Shown here in pieces: positions 19,286-28,736 of a DNA stretch of 64,000 nucleotides; positions within the stretch are counted from its first letter, which is position 1; every line of letters starts with the position of its first letter. The stretch spans positions 106,888 to 170,887 of the forward strand of contig NZ_PVZV01000009.1 of the NCBI RefSeq assembly GCF_002995495.1, in the 5' to 3' direction. The stretch comes from Actinocorallia populi. GTDB taxonomy: Bacteria > Actinomycetota > Actinomycetes > Streptosporangiales > Streptosporangiaceae. The notes under the pieces are model-generated. The model was not told where the DNA came from and ran no database searches. It worked only from the letters and a program-made list of their open reading frames with translations. Both the position numbers and the translations under genes were made by a program.

Positions 19286-19948
19286 TCAGGGGAGGAAGAT
19301 GCCGTACTCCCGGATCTCCGGGGTCAGGTGCGGCGGCAGCGCGGCGACCGCGGAGAGCTCCTCGGCGGAGCTGAAGCCCACGACCTGCGACCTGACCTGC
19401 ACGATGTGCTCGGCCATCTCCGGCGTGACCCCGGTGATGGAGGTGAGGACCTGCGCCGGCGCGTGGTTGACGTCGATGAGCCCGCCGTCGTCGTAGTGGC
19501 GGGGCAGGTCGGGCCGGCCGATGCGCAGGTCGCGGGCGAGCACCACGTCCCGCGCGTGCTCGCGCGCCTGCTGGCGGAGCTGCCGCCGCATGTTGGCCAT
19601 CGCGATGGCCTGCGCGTTGCCGTTGAACCGGTTGACCGGCGGCGGCGTGAACCCCTGGTAGGGCAGGCCGCCCTGGGAGAGCCGCCCGTGCTGGTCGACC
19701 GAGACCGCGGTGCGCTTCTCCTGCTCGACGACCGCCAGGACGATCCAGATCGGCAGCCAGAGCCCGCAGAGCAGGAACGTGATCAGCGCGTGCGCGGCAT
19801 GGTTGGTCTGCCCGCCCCGCACGAACACGACCTGGTTGCCCAGCCGCGACTCCAGCCGCCAGCCCATCGCCACATGCTGGCTGATCACCGAGTGGAGAAC
19901 CGCCTCGATCCGGTCCTGGGGCAGGGGGGCGGGCTGGTAACCGGTCAT
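19286..19948 (-). CDS. Membrane-anchored helix-hairpin-helix (ComEA-like) protein
   Basis: TM segment (…LITFLLCGLWLPIWIVLAVV…) and a C-terminal HhH motif (DVNHAPAQVLTSITGVTPEMAEHIV…FSSAEEL). The ATG at 19948 is chosen inside the longer track ORF. Confidence 0.6.
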   Translation of the reverse strand: MTGYQPAPLPQDRIEAVLHSVISQHVAMGWRLESRLGNQVVFVRGGQTNHAAHALITFLLCGLWLPIWIVLAVVEQEKRTAVSVDQHGRLSQGGLPYQGFTPPPVNRFNGNAQAIAMANMRRQLRQQAREHARDVVLARDLRIGRPDLPRHYDDGGLIDVNHAPAQVLTSITGVTPEMAEHIVQVRSQVVGFSSAEELSAVAALPPHLTPEIREYGIFLP

Positions 19949-20074
19949 GCCTGTTGAGACGCACGAAAGCGACCTTTGGTTCCATGAGAGCAACAGTCGT
20001 AGCCGACGCCCACGTCCTCCTCACGCGCCCCGACGGTCCGGGAGGGGCGCCGCTTCAGCGCCCGCGACCGACGC

Positions 20075-22540
20075 TCAGGAGTCGCGGATCAGCAGGAGCA
20101 CCTGGTTCTGGGGGAGGCCGTCGCCGGGGAGGGCGAGGGCGATGAGGGCGCCGGTGACGGCGGCCGTCTCCGTACCGAGTCCCGGGTCGGAGAGGAGCGT
20201 CCGGGCGGCCAGGAGGCAGGCGCACGCGACGAGGAGCGTCCGGGGCTCCCCGGGGGCGCCGCGGCTCAGGGCTTCGGAGGCCAGGCGGTGGGCGTGCTCC
20301 AGCAGGAGCGGCAGAGCGGGTTCGCCGGTCGGGAGGCGGGCGAGGAGGTTTCTCAGGGCCCGGACGGGTTCCTGAGGGGGCGGAGCGGGGGTGAGCAGGG
20401 CGCGGAGGAAGTCCTCGAAGGAGGTGCCGGAGTCCTGCCAGGCGCTGAGGAGGGTGCTGCAGGCGGTGGTCAGGGCGGGGAGGAGATCGCGGTGACGGTC
20501 GCCCAGGTCGAGGCCGAGGGCCTGGGAGAGCGTGCGGGTGAGGTGGAGGGTGGAGCCGACGTCGTGAGCGGGGCGCAGGGCCAGGGACAGGGCGGGGTCG
20601 AAGGCGTGGGCCAGATCGAGGTCCAGGTCGAGGGTGGCGGCGAAGTCGTGGGCGAGGGCCAGGTCCGGATCGTGAGGGCGGTCGGGGCGCAGGTCCCGGG
20701 CGAGGGCCCGGACGAGGGCGCGGGCCGTGTCCAGGGCGCGGTCGCGGGCCAGGGCGGGGTCGGGGGCGGGGAGGTCGGCCCGTGCCAGGGCCTCGGCGAG
20801 GGCGGGGGAGCCCGTCAGGTCCAGGGCGGCGGCGAGGGCGCGGGCGTGGGCCAGGAGGAGGGAGCGGGTGCGGACCAAAGTGTCGGCGTGAGCCTGCTCC
20901 CGCGCGAGCGTGCCGGTCAGGTCGTGGACGGCGCCGGGGACGATCTTCATGGCGAAGTCGTGGGTGAGGTCGTGTTCCAGGGCGTGGAGGCGGGAGAGGG
21001 AGAGCTCGTGGGCGCGAGCCAGGTCGAAGAAGAGGCTGACGGAGAGGAGGAGGTCGAGGGTGCGGGCGAAACGCCTGGTGGTGGCGGGTGAAGGGGAGCC
21101 CAGGAGGCGGTGGCTCTGCTCCAGGAAGGCCGACGGGTAGCGGACGAGCTGGGCGGAGGTGGGGGAGTAAGGCGAGGGGACGGGGCCGGGCCGGTGGAGG
21201 CGGAGTTCCCCTTGGTGCTCTGTCCAGAAGGTGTGGTCGGCGGTCTCCGGGACTTGCGTGAAGGCGGGGTGGGCGGCTTCGGCGGGGGTGGGCAGACGGT
21301 AGGAGGTGCCGTCCTCGAACAGGCCGTTCAACCAGGTGACGAAGCGGACGGCGTCAGCGGCCTGAACGCCCGTCATGGCGGTGCGGTCGGGGCGATCGAG
21401 GGAGATGGCGCGGTCGGCGGAGAGGCGGTAGAGGGCGACCATGACGGGGCGGACGCACAGAGCCGTCGTGTCGTCGAGCCAGACGGTCTCCTGGAGGTTC
21501 TCGGCGGCGAGGACAGCGGCCGGGTCGTGGTCGACATGTTCCGGGGCGGGCGCGAGGTGCTCCTGCAGAGAGAAATGGACGAACGCGTACCCGTGTTCGC
21601 GCCGCACGAGTAGGCCGCTTTCGCGGAGCTCCTCCAGGAACACCTGCGGGGCTGGAGCGTCACCGCGAAGCTGTGATTCCGCATCGGCAGGCGAGATGTC
21701 GTAGGTCCGGATACGGGTCATGTGCAGTGCCAGACGGCGTGTGAGGAGGTCTTTCTCCTCGATGGTCAGGCCGCTGTGGCCGTCCGTACGTTCCAGCAAC
21801 AGAGCGTAGAACTCGTCGTACAGGTCGTGGCGCGTGCTGGGCAGCCTGCCTTGGCTCTGGTACACGAAGGCGATCCAGGTGAGCAGCATCGGGTTGGTGG
21901 CGCAGTCGTACAGTGCGGGCTGCTTACGGAGAAGCTCCGGGAGTTCTTCCGCGCTGTGCCGGCGGCGGAGGAAGTCGGTGATCTGCGTGGGGGTGAGCCG
22001 CTGGAGGTGCAGCTTCTGGGCACCGAAGAGGAACTCGACGGCGCGGTCGTGCGGGCGTGCGCTGACGACGAAGGTGAGCTCGGGGTGGCTTTCGGTCTGC
22101 GCGCGTATCCAGGAAACGATCCTCAGGCGCTGCTGGACGTCGGCGATCTCGTCCAGCCCGTCGAGGAAGACCGTGCACCTGCCCCAGCGCAGCCTGCGCC
22201 GCAACCGGCGGAGAGGCAGGTGCTCGGCCGCGAGCTCCGCCAGGTCGGGCGGATTCTCGTCCAGCAGGGCGGCGGCGCGGTCCCGGAGGGACAACAGCAG
22301 GGGAAGGCGACGGAACCGCCACGGGAGCGGGCGTTCCCGGCTCATCGCGAGTGCCTGCCGGCGGAGCAGCGTGCTCTTGCCCGAACCGGGCTCGCCGCTC
22401 ACCACGAGCGTTCGGCCGGGGGCGAGGAACGCGGCCAGGGGGGCCCTGCCCGGCGGGTCCGGATACGCGGCGGGCGGGCGGTCGCTGAGGGCGGGGACCG
22501 GTGGAGGCGCGGCCCGCAGGGTGCGCGATGACCGTTTCAT
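20075..22540 (-). CDS. NACHT-domain NTPase (STAND family) with partial FGE/SUMF1-like domain and C-terminal Ala/Leu/Asp-rich repeats
   Basis: Walker A GEPGSGKSTLL, Walker B FLDGLDEI. The mid-region …VRFVTWLNGLFEDGTSYRLPTPAEAAHPAF… matches the formylglycine-generating-enzyme/SUMF1 fold signature, but the fold appears incomplete; this is an eyeball match to an FGE-sulfatase motif. The C-terminal third is ALA(R)DL-type low-complexity repeats. Start MKRSSRTL with a GGAGG upstream. Confidence 0.7.
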   Translation of the reverse strand: MKRSSRTLRAAPPPVPALSDRPPAAYPDPPGRAPLAAFLAPGRTLVVSGEPGSGKSTLLRRQALAMSRERPLPWRFRRLPLLLSLRDRAAALLDENPPDLAELAAEHLPLRRLRRRLRWGRCTVFLDGLDEIADVQQRLRIVSWIRAQTESHPELTFVVSARPHDRAVEFLFGAQKLHLQRLTPTQITDFLRRRHSAEELPELLRKQPALYDCATNPMLLTWIAFVYQSQGRLPSTRHDLYDEFYALLLERTDGHSGLTIEEKDLLTRRLALHMTRIRTYDISPADAESQLRGDAPAPQVFLEELRESGLLVRREHGYAFVHFSLQEHLAPAPEHVDHDPAAVLAAENLQETVWLDDTTALCVRPVMVALYRLSADRAISLDRPDRTAMTGVQAADAVRFVTWLNGLFEDGTSYRLPTPAEAAHPAFTQVPETADHTFWTEHQGELRLHRPGPVPSPYSPTSAQLVRYPSAFLEQSHRLLGSPSPATTRRFARTLDLLLSVSLFFDLARAHELSLSRLHALEHDLTHDFAMKIVPGAVHDLTGTLAREQAHADTLVRTRSLLLAHARALAAALDLTGSPALAEALARADLPAPDPALARDRALDTARALVRALARDLRPDRPHDPDLALAHDFAATLDLDLDLAHAFDPALSLALRPAHDVGSTLHLTRTLSQALGLDLGDRHRDLLPALTTACSTLLSAWQDSGTSFEDFLRALLTPAPPPQEPVRALRNLLARLPTGEPALPLLLEHAHRLASEALSRGAPGEPRTLLVACACLLAARTLLSDPGLGTETAAVTGALIALALPGDGLPQNQVLLLIRDS

Positions 22541-22641
22541 GTACCACCTCCGGGTCTTCGCTACCTCTGATGCCCGGAGAGGGGTGAAAGTGCGATTGGT
22601 CCTATTGAAAACCTTTGTCGGGAACAGCACGTCCTACGAGT

Positions 22642-24021
22642 ATGGAGAGACGTGCGTTCTTGGGGGCGCTCGGTCTTGCCGGGATGGTGACCCCCTTCGA
22701 CGGGGTGGCCGCGTACGCGGCGGGCGAGACCAGCGGGTACGGGAAGCTGCGGGCCGTCAAGGACCTGCGTGACGGCAGGGTGCGGCTGCTGCTTCCAGCG
22801 GGGTTCAAGTACCGGTCGTTCAACGCGGCGGGCTCGCGGCTCAGCGACGGGCACATCACGCCCGGCAAACACGACGGGATGGCGGCCTTCAAGACGGTCA
22901 AGGGGCAAGCCGTCCTGGTGCGCAACCACGAGGTGTTCGGGCCCGTGGGCGCGTTCGGGGACAAGAACAAGGCGTACGACCCGATGGCGGGTGGGGGCAC
23001 GTGCACGCTGCGCGTCACCGACTACGGGAAAGTGCTCGCCGGAGCGGTCAGCCTGAACGGGACGATGGGCAACTGCTCCGGAGGAGCGATGCCGTGGGGC
23101 CGTTGGGTCACCTGCGAGGAGACCGTCAACGGCCCGGACGTCGGCAACGACCACACCGGGGGCGACAACTCCCTGCTGAAGGAGAAGCACGGCTACATCT
23201 TCGAAGTCGGGATCGGGGAGCCGATCCTCTCCGCGGGGCGGTTCGCACATGAGGCGGCCGTATGCAACCCGAAGACGGGCGCCATCTACCTCACCGAGGA
23301 CGACTTCAACTTCGCCTCGGGCTTCTACAGGTATCTGCCTCCGCGGAGTCCGTTGAGCGCGGGACGCATCCTGGACGGCGGCCGCCTGCAGATGCTCGCC
23401 GTCAAGAAGAAGCCGCGCGCGAGGCTGTACAAGCACCAGAAGGCAGGCGTCGCCTACGACGTCACGTGGGTGGACATCGACGACCCGAATCCGACGTTCA
23501 CCGGTCGGCCTTCCAACGACGAAGCCATCCAGTACGTGGCGAAACAGGGACTCGCGAAAGGCGGCGCCCAGTTCGCCCGGCTGGAAGGCGCGATCTTCCA
23601 CAAGGGCGTCGTGTACTTCGTCTCGACCCAGGGCGGCGCCAAGGTCACCAAGAGTGCCCCGTCCGGGTTCGGAGACGGCCGCGGCCAGGTGTGGGCGTAC
23701 GACACTCGAAGCGAACGCCTGAAACTGATCACCGAGTCCACCTCGCGGTCCCGTCTCGACCTCCCTGACAACATCGCCCACAGCCCCCGGGGCTCCCTGG
23801 TGCTGTGCGAGGACGGCGACGGCCGCAACTTCATCCGGGGGCTCACGAAGCAGGGCAAGGTCTTCCCCTTCGCCCGGCTGAAGCCGATCAAGGCCGATCC
23901 GGGCGCGGAGTTCGCCGGCGCCACGTTCAGCCCCGACGGGCACACCCTGTTCGTCAACGTCCAGTCCAGAGCGGGGATGACCTTCGCGATCTGGGGCCCC
24001 TGGAAGCGGGGGCCGTTCTGA
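22642..24021 (+). CDS. phoX: PhoX-family alkaline phosphatase (DUF839), Tat-secreted
   Basis: MERRAFLGALGLAG twin-arginine signal, then a beta-propeller-like DUF839/PhoX region (…NCSGGAMPWGRWVTCEE…). Confidence 0.75.
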   Translation: MERRAFLGALGLAGMVTPFDGVAAYAAGETSGYGKLRAVKDLRDGRVRLLLPAGFKYRSFNAAGSRLSDGHITPGKHDGMAAFKTVKGQAVLVRNHEVFGPVGAFGDKNKAYDPMAGGGTCTLRVTDYGKVLAGAVSLNGTMGNCSGGAMPWGRWVTCEETVNGPDVGNDHTGGDNSLLKEKHGYIFEVGIGEPILSAGRFAHEAAVCNPKTGAIYLTEDDFNFASGFYRYLPPRSPLSAGRILDGGRLQMLAVKKKPRARLYKHQKAGVAYDVTWVDIDDPNPTFTGRPSNDEAIQYVAKQGLAKGGAQFARLEGAIFHKGVVYFVSTQGGAKVTKSAPSGFGDGRGQVWAYDTRSERLKLITESTSRSRLDLPDNIAHSPRGSLVLCEDGDGRNFIRGLTKQGKVFPFARLKPIKADPGAEFAGATFSPDGHTLFVNVQSRAGMTFAIWGPWKRGPF

Positions 24022-24051
24022 GCGAAGGGCGATCCTGACTAATCTGGGGCT

Positions 24052-25014
24052 GTGAGCACTGAGACTGTTTCCGGCGCGGTAGCCGTCGGCCTTGCGACCC
24101 TTGCCGAAGACGGCACCGTGCTGGACACCTGGTTCCCCGAGCCCGCCCTGGCCGCGGAGCCCGGACTGTCCGGGACGGTCGTCCTGGAGGGGGACACCGC
24201 GGGCGAGCTGGCCGGCGCCGTGCGCGAGGACGCGCGGCGCGGCGTGCGGGTCGTCGCGGTCCGTACGACGATCTCGTCGCTGGACGAGAAGCCGGCCGAC
24301 GCGCACGACGTGTACCTGCGGCTGCACCTGCTGAGCACGCGGCTGGTCAAGCCGCACGGGCTGAACCTGGAGGGCGTCTTCGGGCTGCTGGCCAACGTGG
24401 CCTGGACGTCCATCGGGCCCGTCCCGATCGAGAAGCTGGACGCGGCCCGGCTCGCGGTGCGGCTGGAGGGCGGCCAGCTGGCCGTCTACGGCATCGACAA
24501 GTTCCCCCGCATGACCGACTACGTCACCCCGGCCGGGGTGCGCATCGCCGACGCCGACCGGGTGCGGCTGGGCGCGCACCTGGCCTCCGGGACGACCGTC
24601 ATGCACGAGGGCTTCGTCAACTTCAACGCCGGCACGCTCGGCTCGTCCATGGTCGAGGGCCGCATCAGCGCGGGCGTCGTCGTCGGGGACGGCAGCGACA
24701 TCGGCGGCGGCGCGTCGATGATGGGCACGCTGTCCGGCGGCGGCAAGCAGGTGCTCTCGGTGGGCGAGCGCTGCCTGCTGGGCGCCAACGCCGGCATCGG
24801 GATCTCCCTCGGCGACGACTGCATCGTCGAGGCGGGCCTGTACGTGACGGCCGGTACGCGGGTCACGCTGCCCGACAACTCGATCGTCAAGGCGCTGGAC
24901 CTGTCCGGCGCGAACAACCTGCTGTTCCGGCGCAACTCGCAGTCGGGCGCCGTCGAGGTCATCCCGCGTTCGGGCGGCTGGGGCGGGCTGAACGAGATGC
25001 TGCACGCCAACTGA
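24052..25014 (+). CDS. dapD: 2,3,4,5-tetrahydropyridine-2,6-dicarboxylate N-succinyltransferase (actinobacterial type)
   Basis: 320 aa with an N-terminal domain plus left-handed beta-helix hexapeptide repeats (…[24 protein letters not shown]…). The adjacent convergent dapE-like gene matches the mycobacterial arrangement. Confidence 0.85.
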   Translation: MSTETVSGAVAVGLATLAEDGTVLDTWFPEPALAAEPGLSGTVVLEGDTAGELAGAVREDARRGVRVVAVRTTISSLDEKPADAHDVYLRLHLLSTRLVKPHGLNLEGVFGLLANVAWTSIGPVPIEKLDAARLAVRLEGGQLAVYGIDKFPRMTDYVTPAGVRIADADRVRLGAHLASGTTVMHEGFVNFNAGTLGSSMVEGRISAGVVVGDGSDIGGGASMMGTLSGGGKQVLSVGERCLLGANAGIGISLGDDCIVEAGLYVTAGTRVTLPDNSIVKALDLSGANNLLFRRNSQSGAVEVIPRSGGWGGLNEMLHAN

Positions 25015-25063
25015 GAACCGTCGGAGACGGGCGCGGGCCGCACGGCCCGCGCCCGTCTCGGCT

Positions 25064-26353
25064 TCACCGGTAGCACTCCAGGAAGATCGCCTCGGCGAGG
25101 GCGAGGTTCTCGATCTCGGACGGGTCGACGCTCTCGTCGGCCGCGTGGATGAGCGCGCGGGGCTCCTCGACGCCCATCAGCATGATTTCGGCGTCGGGGA
25201 AGTGCCGCTGGAACGCCCCGCACAGCGGGATGGAGCCGCCTTGGCCCTGCGTCACGACCTTCCTGCCGTACGCCTCGGAGAGCGCGGCGGTCATCGCGGT
25301 GTAGGCGGGGCCGCCCGTACGGGCGAGGAAGGGCCGGCCCAGCGACTCCAGCTCGATCTCGACGCGGGCGTGCCAGGGCGTGACGTCCGCCAGGTGGGCG
25401 GTGAGGGCGTCGTAGGCGTCCTCCGGGTCCATGTCCGGCGGGATCCGCAGGTTGAGGCGGGCCCGCGCGGTCGGCTGGACGGCGGCGACGGACCCGACGG
25501 CGGGCGGGCAGTCCAGGCCCAGGACGGTCAGCGCGGGCCGGGCCCAGAGCATGTCGGCGATCGTCCCGGTGCCCGTGACGGCGACCCCGTCGAGGATCCC
25601 GGCGTCCTGCCGGAACTGCTCGACCGGGTACTGCGCGCCGTCCCAGCGCTGGTCGCACGGCAGTCCCCGGATGGTCGTGTTGCCCGACGCGTCGCGGAGC
25701 GTCCCCAGCATGTGGACGAGCGCGGCGAGCGCGTCCGGAGCGGCCCCGCCGTACATGCCCGAGTGCAGGGCGCCCGCCATCGTCGTCACCGTGACCAGCA
25801 CGTTGACCTGACCGCGCAGGCACGTCGTGAACGTCGGCACGCCCACCGCGAGGTTCCCGGTGTCGCCGATGATGATCGCGTCGGCCTCGAAGACGTCGGG
25901 ATGCCGCTCCAGGAACCGCTCCAGCCCGTCCGTCCCCTGCTCCTCGGACCCCTCGACGACGACCTTGACGCCCACGGCCGGCTCGGGCACCGCCCGCAAC
26001 GCCGTCAGGTGCATGACGATGTTGCCCTTGCAGTCGGCGGCCCCCCGCCCGAACCACCGCCCGTCCCGGTCGGCCAGCTCCCACGGCGACGAACTCCACC
26101 CCTCCCCGGGCGGCTGGACGTCGTAGTGCGAGTACAGCAGGACGGTGGGCGCCCCCTCGGGCCCCGGCCGGTGCCCCACCACGGCCTGGCTCCCGTCCGG
26201 CGTCTCGTACAGCTTGCAGGGCACCCCGGCCCCGGTGAACGCGTCCGCCGTCCACTGCGCCGCCCGCAGGCACTCCTCGGCGGGGAACCGCTCCGGGTCC
26301 GCCACCGACCGCATCGCCACCAGCTCACCCAGATCCCGCCGCGCCCGCCCCAT
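25064..26353 (-). CDS. dapE: M20-family succinyl-diaminopimelate desuccinylase-like dipeptidase
   Basis: Contains the M20 metal-binding motifs and a dimerisation domain. The track ORF (25064..26662) reads through the tRNA-Lys region, so the start is placed at the internal MGRARRDLGELV (26353). A GTG start at 26380 is also possible. Confidence 0.7.
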   Translation of the reverse strand: MGRARRDLGELVAMRSVADPERFPAEECLRAAQWTADAFTGAGVPCKLYETPDGSQAVVGHRPGPEGAPTVLLYSHYDVQPPGEGWSSSPWELADRDGRWFGRGAADCKGNIVMHLTALRAVPEPAVGVKVVVEGSEEQGTDGLERFLERHPDVFEADAIIIGDTGNLAVGVPTFTTCLRGQVNVLVTVTTMAGALHSGMYGGAAPDALAALVHMLGTLRDASGNTTIRGLPCDQRWDGAQYPVEQFRQDAGILDGVAVTGTGTIADMLWARPALTVLGLDCPPAVGSVAAVQPTARARLNLRIPPDMDPEDAYDALTAHLADVTPWHARVEIELESLGRPFLARTGGPAYTAMTAALSEAYGRKVVTQGQGGSIPLCGAFQRHFPDAEIMLMGVEEPRALIHAADESVDPSEIENLALAEAIFLECYR

Positions 26354-26589
26354 CAACCCGGCAACCAGCCCACGATCCACGCCCGCTCCCCCCGAACCCG
26401 ACGCCGTCCTCACCCCGCCCCTTCCCCCCCGAACCCACCCCGAAAATCCCCGACCCCCCGTGATCCACCAAAACCCACTGGACTCCCACCGGGCCGAACC
26501 GGCAGAATCCTGAGCTGTCCGCCCCGTACGGCGTTCTCCCGGCCGCCTGCGATTCGGACGACAGCCCGGCAGATGGCATGATGAAGGAC

Positions 26590-26661
26590 GGGTCGCTAGC
26601 TCAATGGCAGAGCTCCGGACTTTTAATCCGTAGGTTGTGGGTTCGAGTCCCACGCGACCCA
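26590..26661 (+). tRNA. tRNA-Lys (anticodon TTT)
   Basis: GGGTCGCTAGCTCAATGGCAGAGCTCCGGACTTTTAATCCGTAGGTTGTGGGTTCGAGTCCCACGCGACCCA folds as a cloverleaf with anticodon loop CTTTTAA. Confidence 0.9.
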
Positions 26662-26667
26662 CAGCAC

Positions 26668-26701
26668 GGCCGGCCTCCCGTCCACGGACGGGGGGCCGGC
26701 C
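26668..26701 (+). terminator. Strong GC hairpin immediately 3' of tRNA-Lys
   Basis: ggccggcctcccgtcc-ac-ggacggggggccggcc forms a 16-bp stem with one mismatch. Confidence 0.5.
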
Positions 26702-26900
26702 TCGTTCCGGGGGCGCTCGGCTCGGGTGACCGAAGGCGGCCGGGCCTTCGGGGAGCCGGGCGCGCGGGCGTTAATCGGTGTTATGGAAGGCCGTGGGCGG
26801 TTAGTCTCCGAGGGGCGCGCGGAGGGGCGGCCTCGGTGGCCGGGTTCAGGGCGGACAAAAGAGACATCTAAGATCGGCCTCCTGAGGGGGCGGCTACGGG

Positions 26901-28727
26901 ATGGGCAGGGTGCGGACGGCCGAACGGCTGGTGCTGCTGAACCTTGCCTTTCTGGCGGTGCTCGGCGGGCTGGGGAACCTGATGTTCTCCGGGCGGGGGC
27001 TCGGGGAGACCGGGTGGCCCTTTTTGGTGTGGGGGGCGGCGGTCTTCCTCTCGCCGGTGCTGCAGGTGTTCATCTCCCTGCCGCGATTCGAGCGGCTGCG
27101 GAGGCGGCGCCGGTGGTGGCTGTACGGGCTCGACCTGCTGCTGTGCTTCGGGCCCGTGCTCACGCCGATGCACTTCCAGGCCAACACCGGCTATCCGATG
27201 GCGAGCACGCTGCTGCTGTTCCGGGGGCGGCTGCGGTGGGCCGTGGTCTTCGCGCTGTTCGCCGCCACGGTGTGCATCGACTTCTTCTTCTGGCCGGAGA
27301 ACGCGTTCGGGCGGGCCCGCGGGGAGCACGTCGCCTACTGGCTGCTCAACAACGTGGGCGTGGGCGTCCAGGTGTACGTGGTGTCGCGGCTGGCGCGGGT
27401 CATGCACCGGCTGCACGCCACGCGGCAGGAGGTCTCCGAGGCGGTCGTGCAGGACGAACGGGGGCGGGTGCGGCGGGACGTGCACGACCTGCTCGGGTTC
27501 AGCCTGACGGTCATCATCATCCGCCTTGAGGTGGCGTTGCGGGCTCTTCGCAGGGGCAAGGCCGAGGCGGAGCTCCAGACGGCGTACGAACTCGTCGAGC
27601 AGGCGCTGGCCTCGGTGCGGACGGTGGCGGACGGGACGCCGATCACCTCGCTGGCGGCCGAGGCCGCCGCCGCGAAGGAGGCGCTGGAGTGGGCCGGGGT
27701 GGAGGCTCGGATCAACGTCATGGACGTCCCGGACGGAAAGGCGGACGAAGCGCTCGCCTACGTGTTGCGGGAAGGCGTCACCAACGTGCTGCGGCACAGC
27801 AAGGCGAGCGTCTGCCGGGTGGACGCGTCGGCGACGGGCGTGCGGATCGTCAACGACGGGGCGGCACCGTCGAAACGGCCGCCCGGCTCGGGCCTGAAAG
27901 GGCTGCAGGCGAGGCTCGCACCGCTCGAAGGAGGCGTCACCGCCCATCTGAGGGACGGCGAATTCACCCTCGACGCCACCCTGCCGGGCCAAAAGCGCCG
28001 CTGGCGGGAGGGCCTGTGGGGCAGGCTCGGGCCGCTGCTCACCATGAGCCTGTGCCTGAGCGGTCTCACCTACCTCTACCCGGTGACCTGGTGGCAGCTC
28101 GGCACCCCGCAACTGCTGGCCACCCTGGCGTTCGACGCGTCGGTCTACGGACTGCTGCTGTGGCTGGGGACGGCCCGCAGGCCGCCGCTGGCCGCGGGCC
28201 TGACCGCGCTGACCGTCCTGTCGACGCTCCCGCACCTGCTCGGCTGGACGCTGTGGAGCCAGACGTTCGTGGCGGGCGGCGCGATCCCGTTCTTCCTGCC
28301 GAACCCCGCCGGCCTGGCGCTCTCCGTCCTGTGCGCGGGGGCCGGGGTGGCGTCCGGCCCGGCCCCGGACGCGGTGATCCCCCTGCTGGGCGCCTTCCTG
28401 ACCACCCTGTACGGCCAGATGCTGATCTTCGCGGCGCTGCTGCTGCCCCGCCTCGCCGAGCAACTGCGCAAGGCCCGCACCGACCTGACGGCCGTGAACA
28501 TCGCCAAGGAGCGCACACGCTTCGGCCTGCACCTGCGCGACCGCCTCGGCTCCAGCCTCTTCCAGGTGCTGCGTGCCCTGGAGCAGGCCCGCCAGGGCGA
28601 GAACGCCGAGGAGGAGCTGGCCAAGGCCATCACCCACTCGCGGAGCACGTCCCAGGAGATCAGGGCCATCGCCCGCCGCGAGGACGAGGCCGAGAAGGAT
28701 TCGGAGCCCGAAGGCGTCCACGGGTAG
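26901..28727 (+). CDS. Sensor histidine kinase (HisKA_3/NarL-type) with duplicated membrane + DHp module
   Basis: The first half is TM helices, an H-box (RRDVHDLLGFSLTVIIIRLEVAL) and HATPase_c (VLREGVTNVLRHSKA…GSGLKGL). The second half is another multi-TM segment plus a second H-box-like region (ERTRFGLHLRDRLGSSL) without an ATPase domain. No response regulator gene is adjacent. Confidence 0.7.
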   Translation: MGRVRTAERLVLLNLAFLAVLGGLGNLMFSGRGLGETGWPFLVWGAAVFLSPVLQVFISLPRFERLRRRRRWWLYGLDLLLCFGPVLTPMHFQANTGYPMASTLLLFRGRLRWAVVFALFAATVCIDFFFWPENAFGRARGEHVAYWLLNNVGVGVQVYVVSRLARVMHRLHATRQEVSEAVVQDERGRVRRDVHDLLGFSLTVIIIRLEVALRALRRGKAEAELQTAYELVEQALASVRTVADGTPITSLAAEAAAAKEALEWAGVEARINVMDVPDGKADEALAYVLREGVTNVLRHSKASVCRVDASATGVRIVNDGAAPSKRPPGSGLKGLQARLAPLEGGVTAHLRDGEFTLDATLPGQKRRWREGLWGRLGPLLTMSLCLSGLTYLYPVTWWQLGTPQLLATLAFDASVYGLLLWLGTARRPPLAAGLTALTVLSTLPHLLGWTLWSQTFVAGGAIPFFLPNPAGLALSVLCAGAGVASGPAPDAVIPLLGAFLTTLYGQMLIFAALLLPRLAEQLRKARTDLTAVNIAKERTRFGLHLRDRLGSSLFQVLRALEQARQGENAEEELAKAITHSRSTSQEIRAIARREDEAEKDSEPEGVHG

Positions 28728-28736
28728 CGTGGAGCG

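Noticed and set aside
19173-20024. 283-aa minus ORF and 209-aa plus ORF (19328..19957) overlapping the HhH gene
   Set aside because: Alternate-frame and antisense artefacts. The HhH frame has a TM segment and a ComEA-like motif.
20288-22772. Plus-strand ORFs (20288..21091, 21110..21613, 21722..22531, 21834..22772) antisense to the NACHT gene
   Set aside because: Gly/Glu/Arg-rich antisense noise without motifs.
22561-25005. 814-aa minus-strand ORF spanning phoX and dapD
   Set aside because: Antisense to two well-supported plus-strand genes. The composition is V/D/G/R-rich, typical of high-GC antisense frames.
26726-27529. 267-aa plus ORF overlapping the histidine kinase 5' region in another frame
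   Set aside because: Ala/Gly/Arg-rich with no domain. The HK frame is supported by H-box and HATPase motifs.
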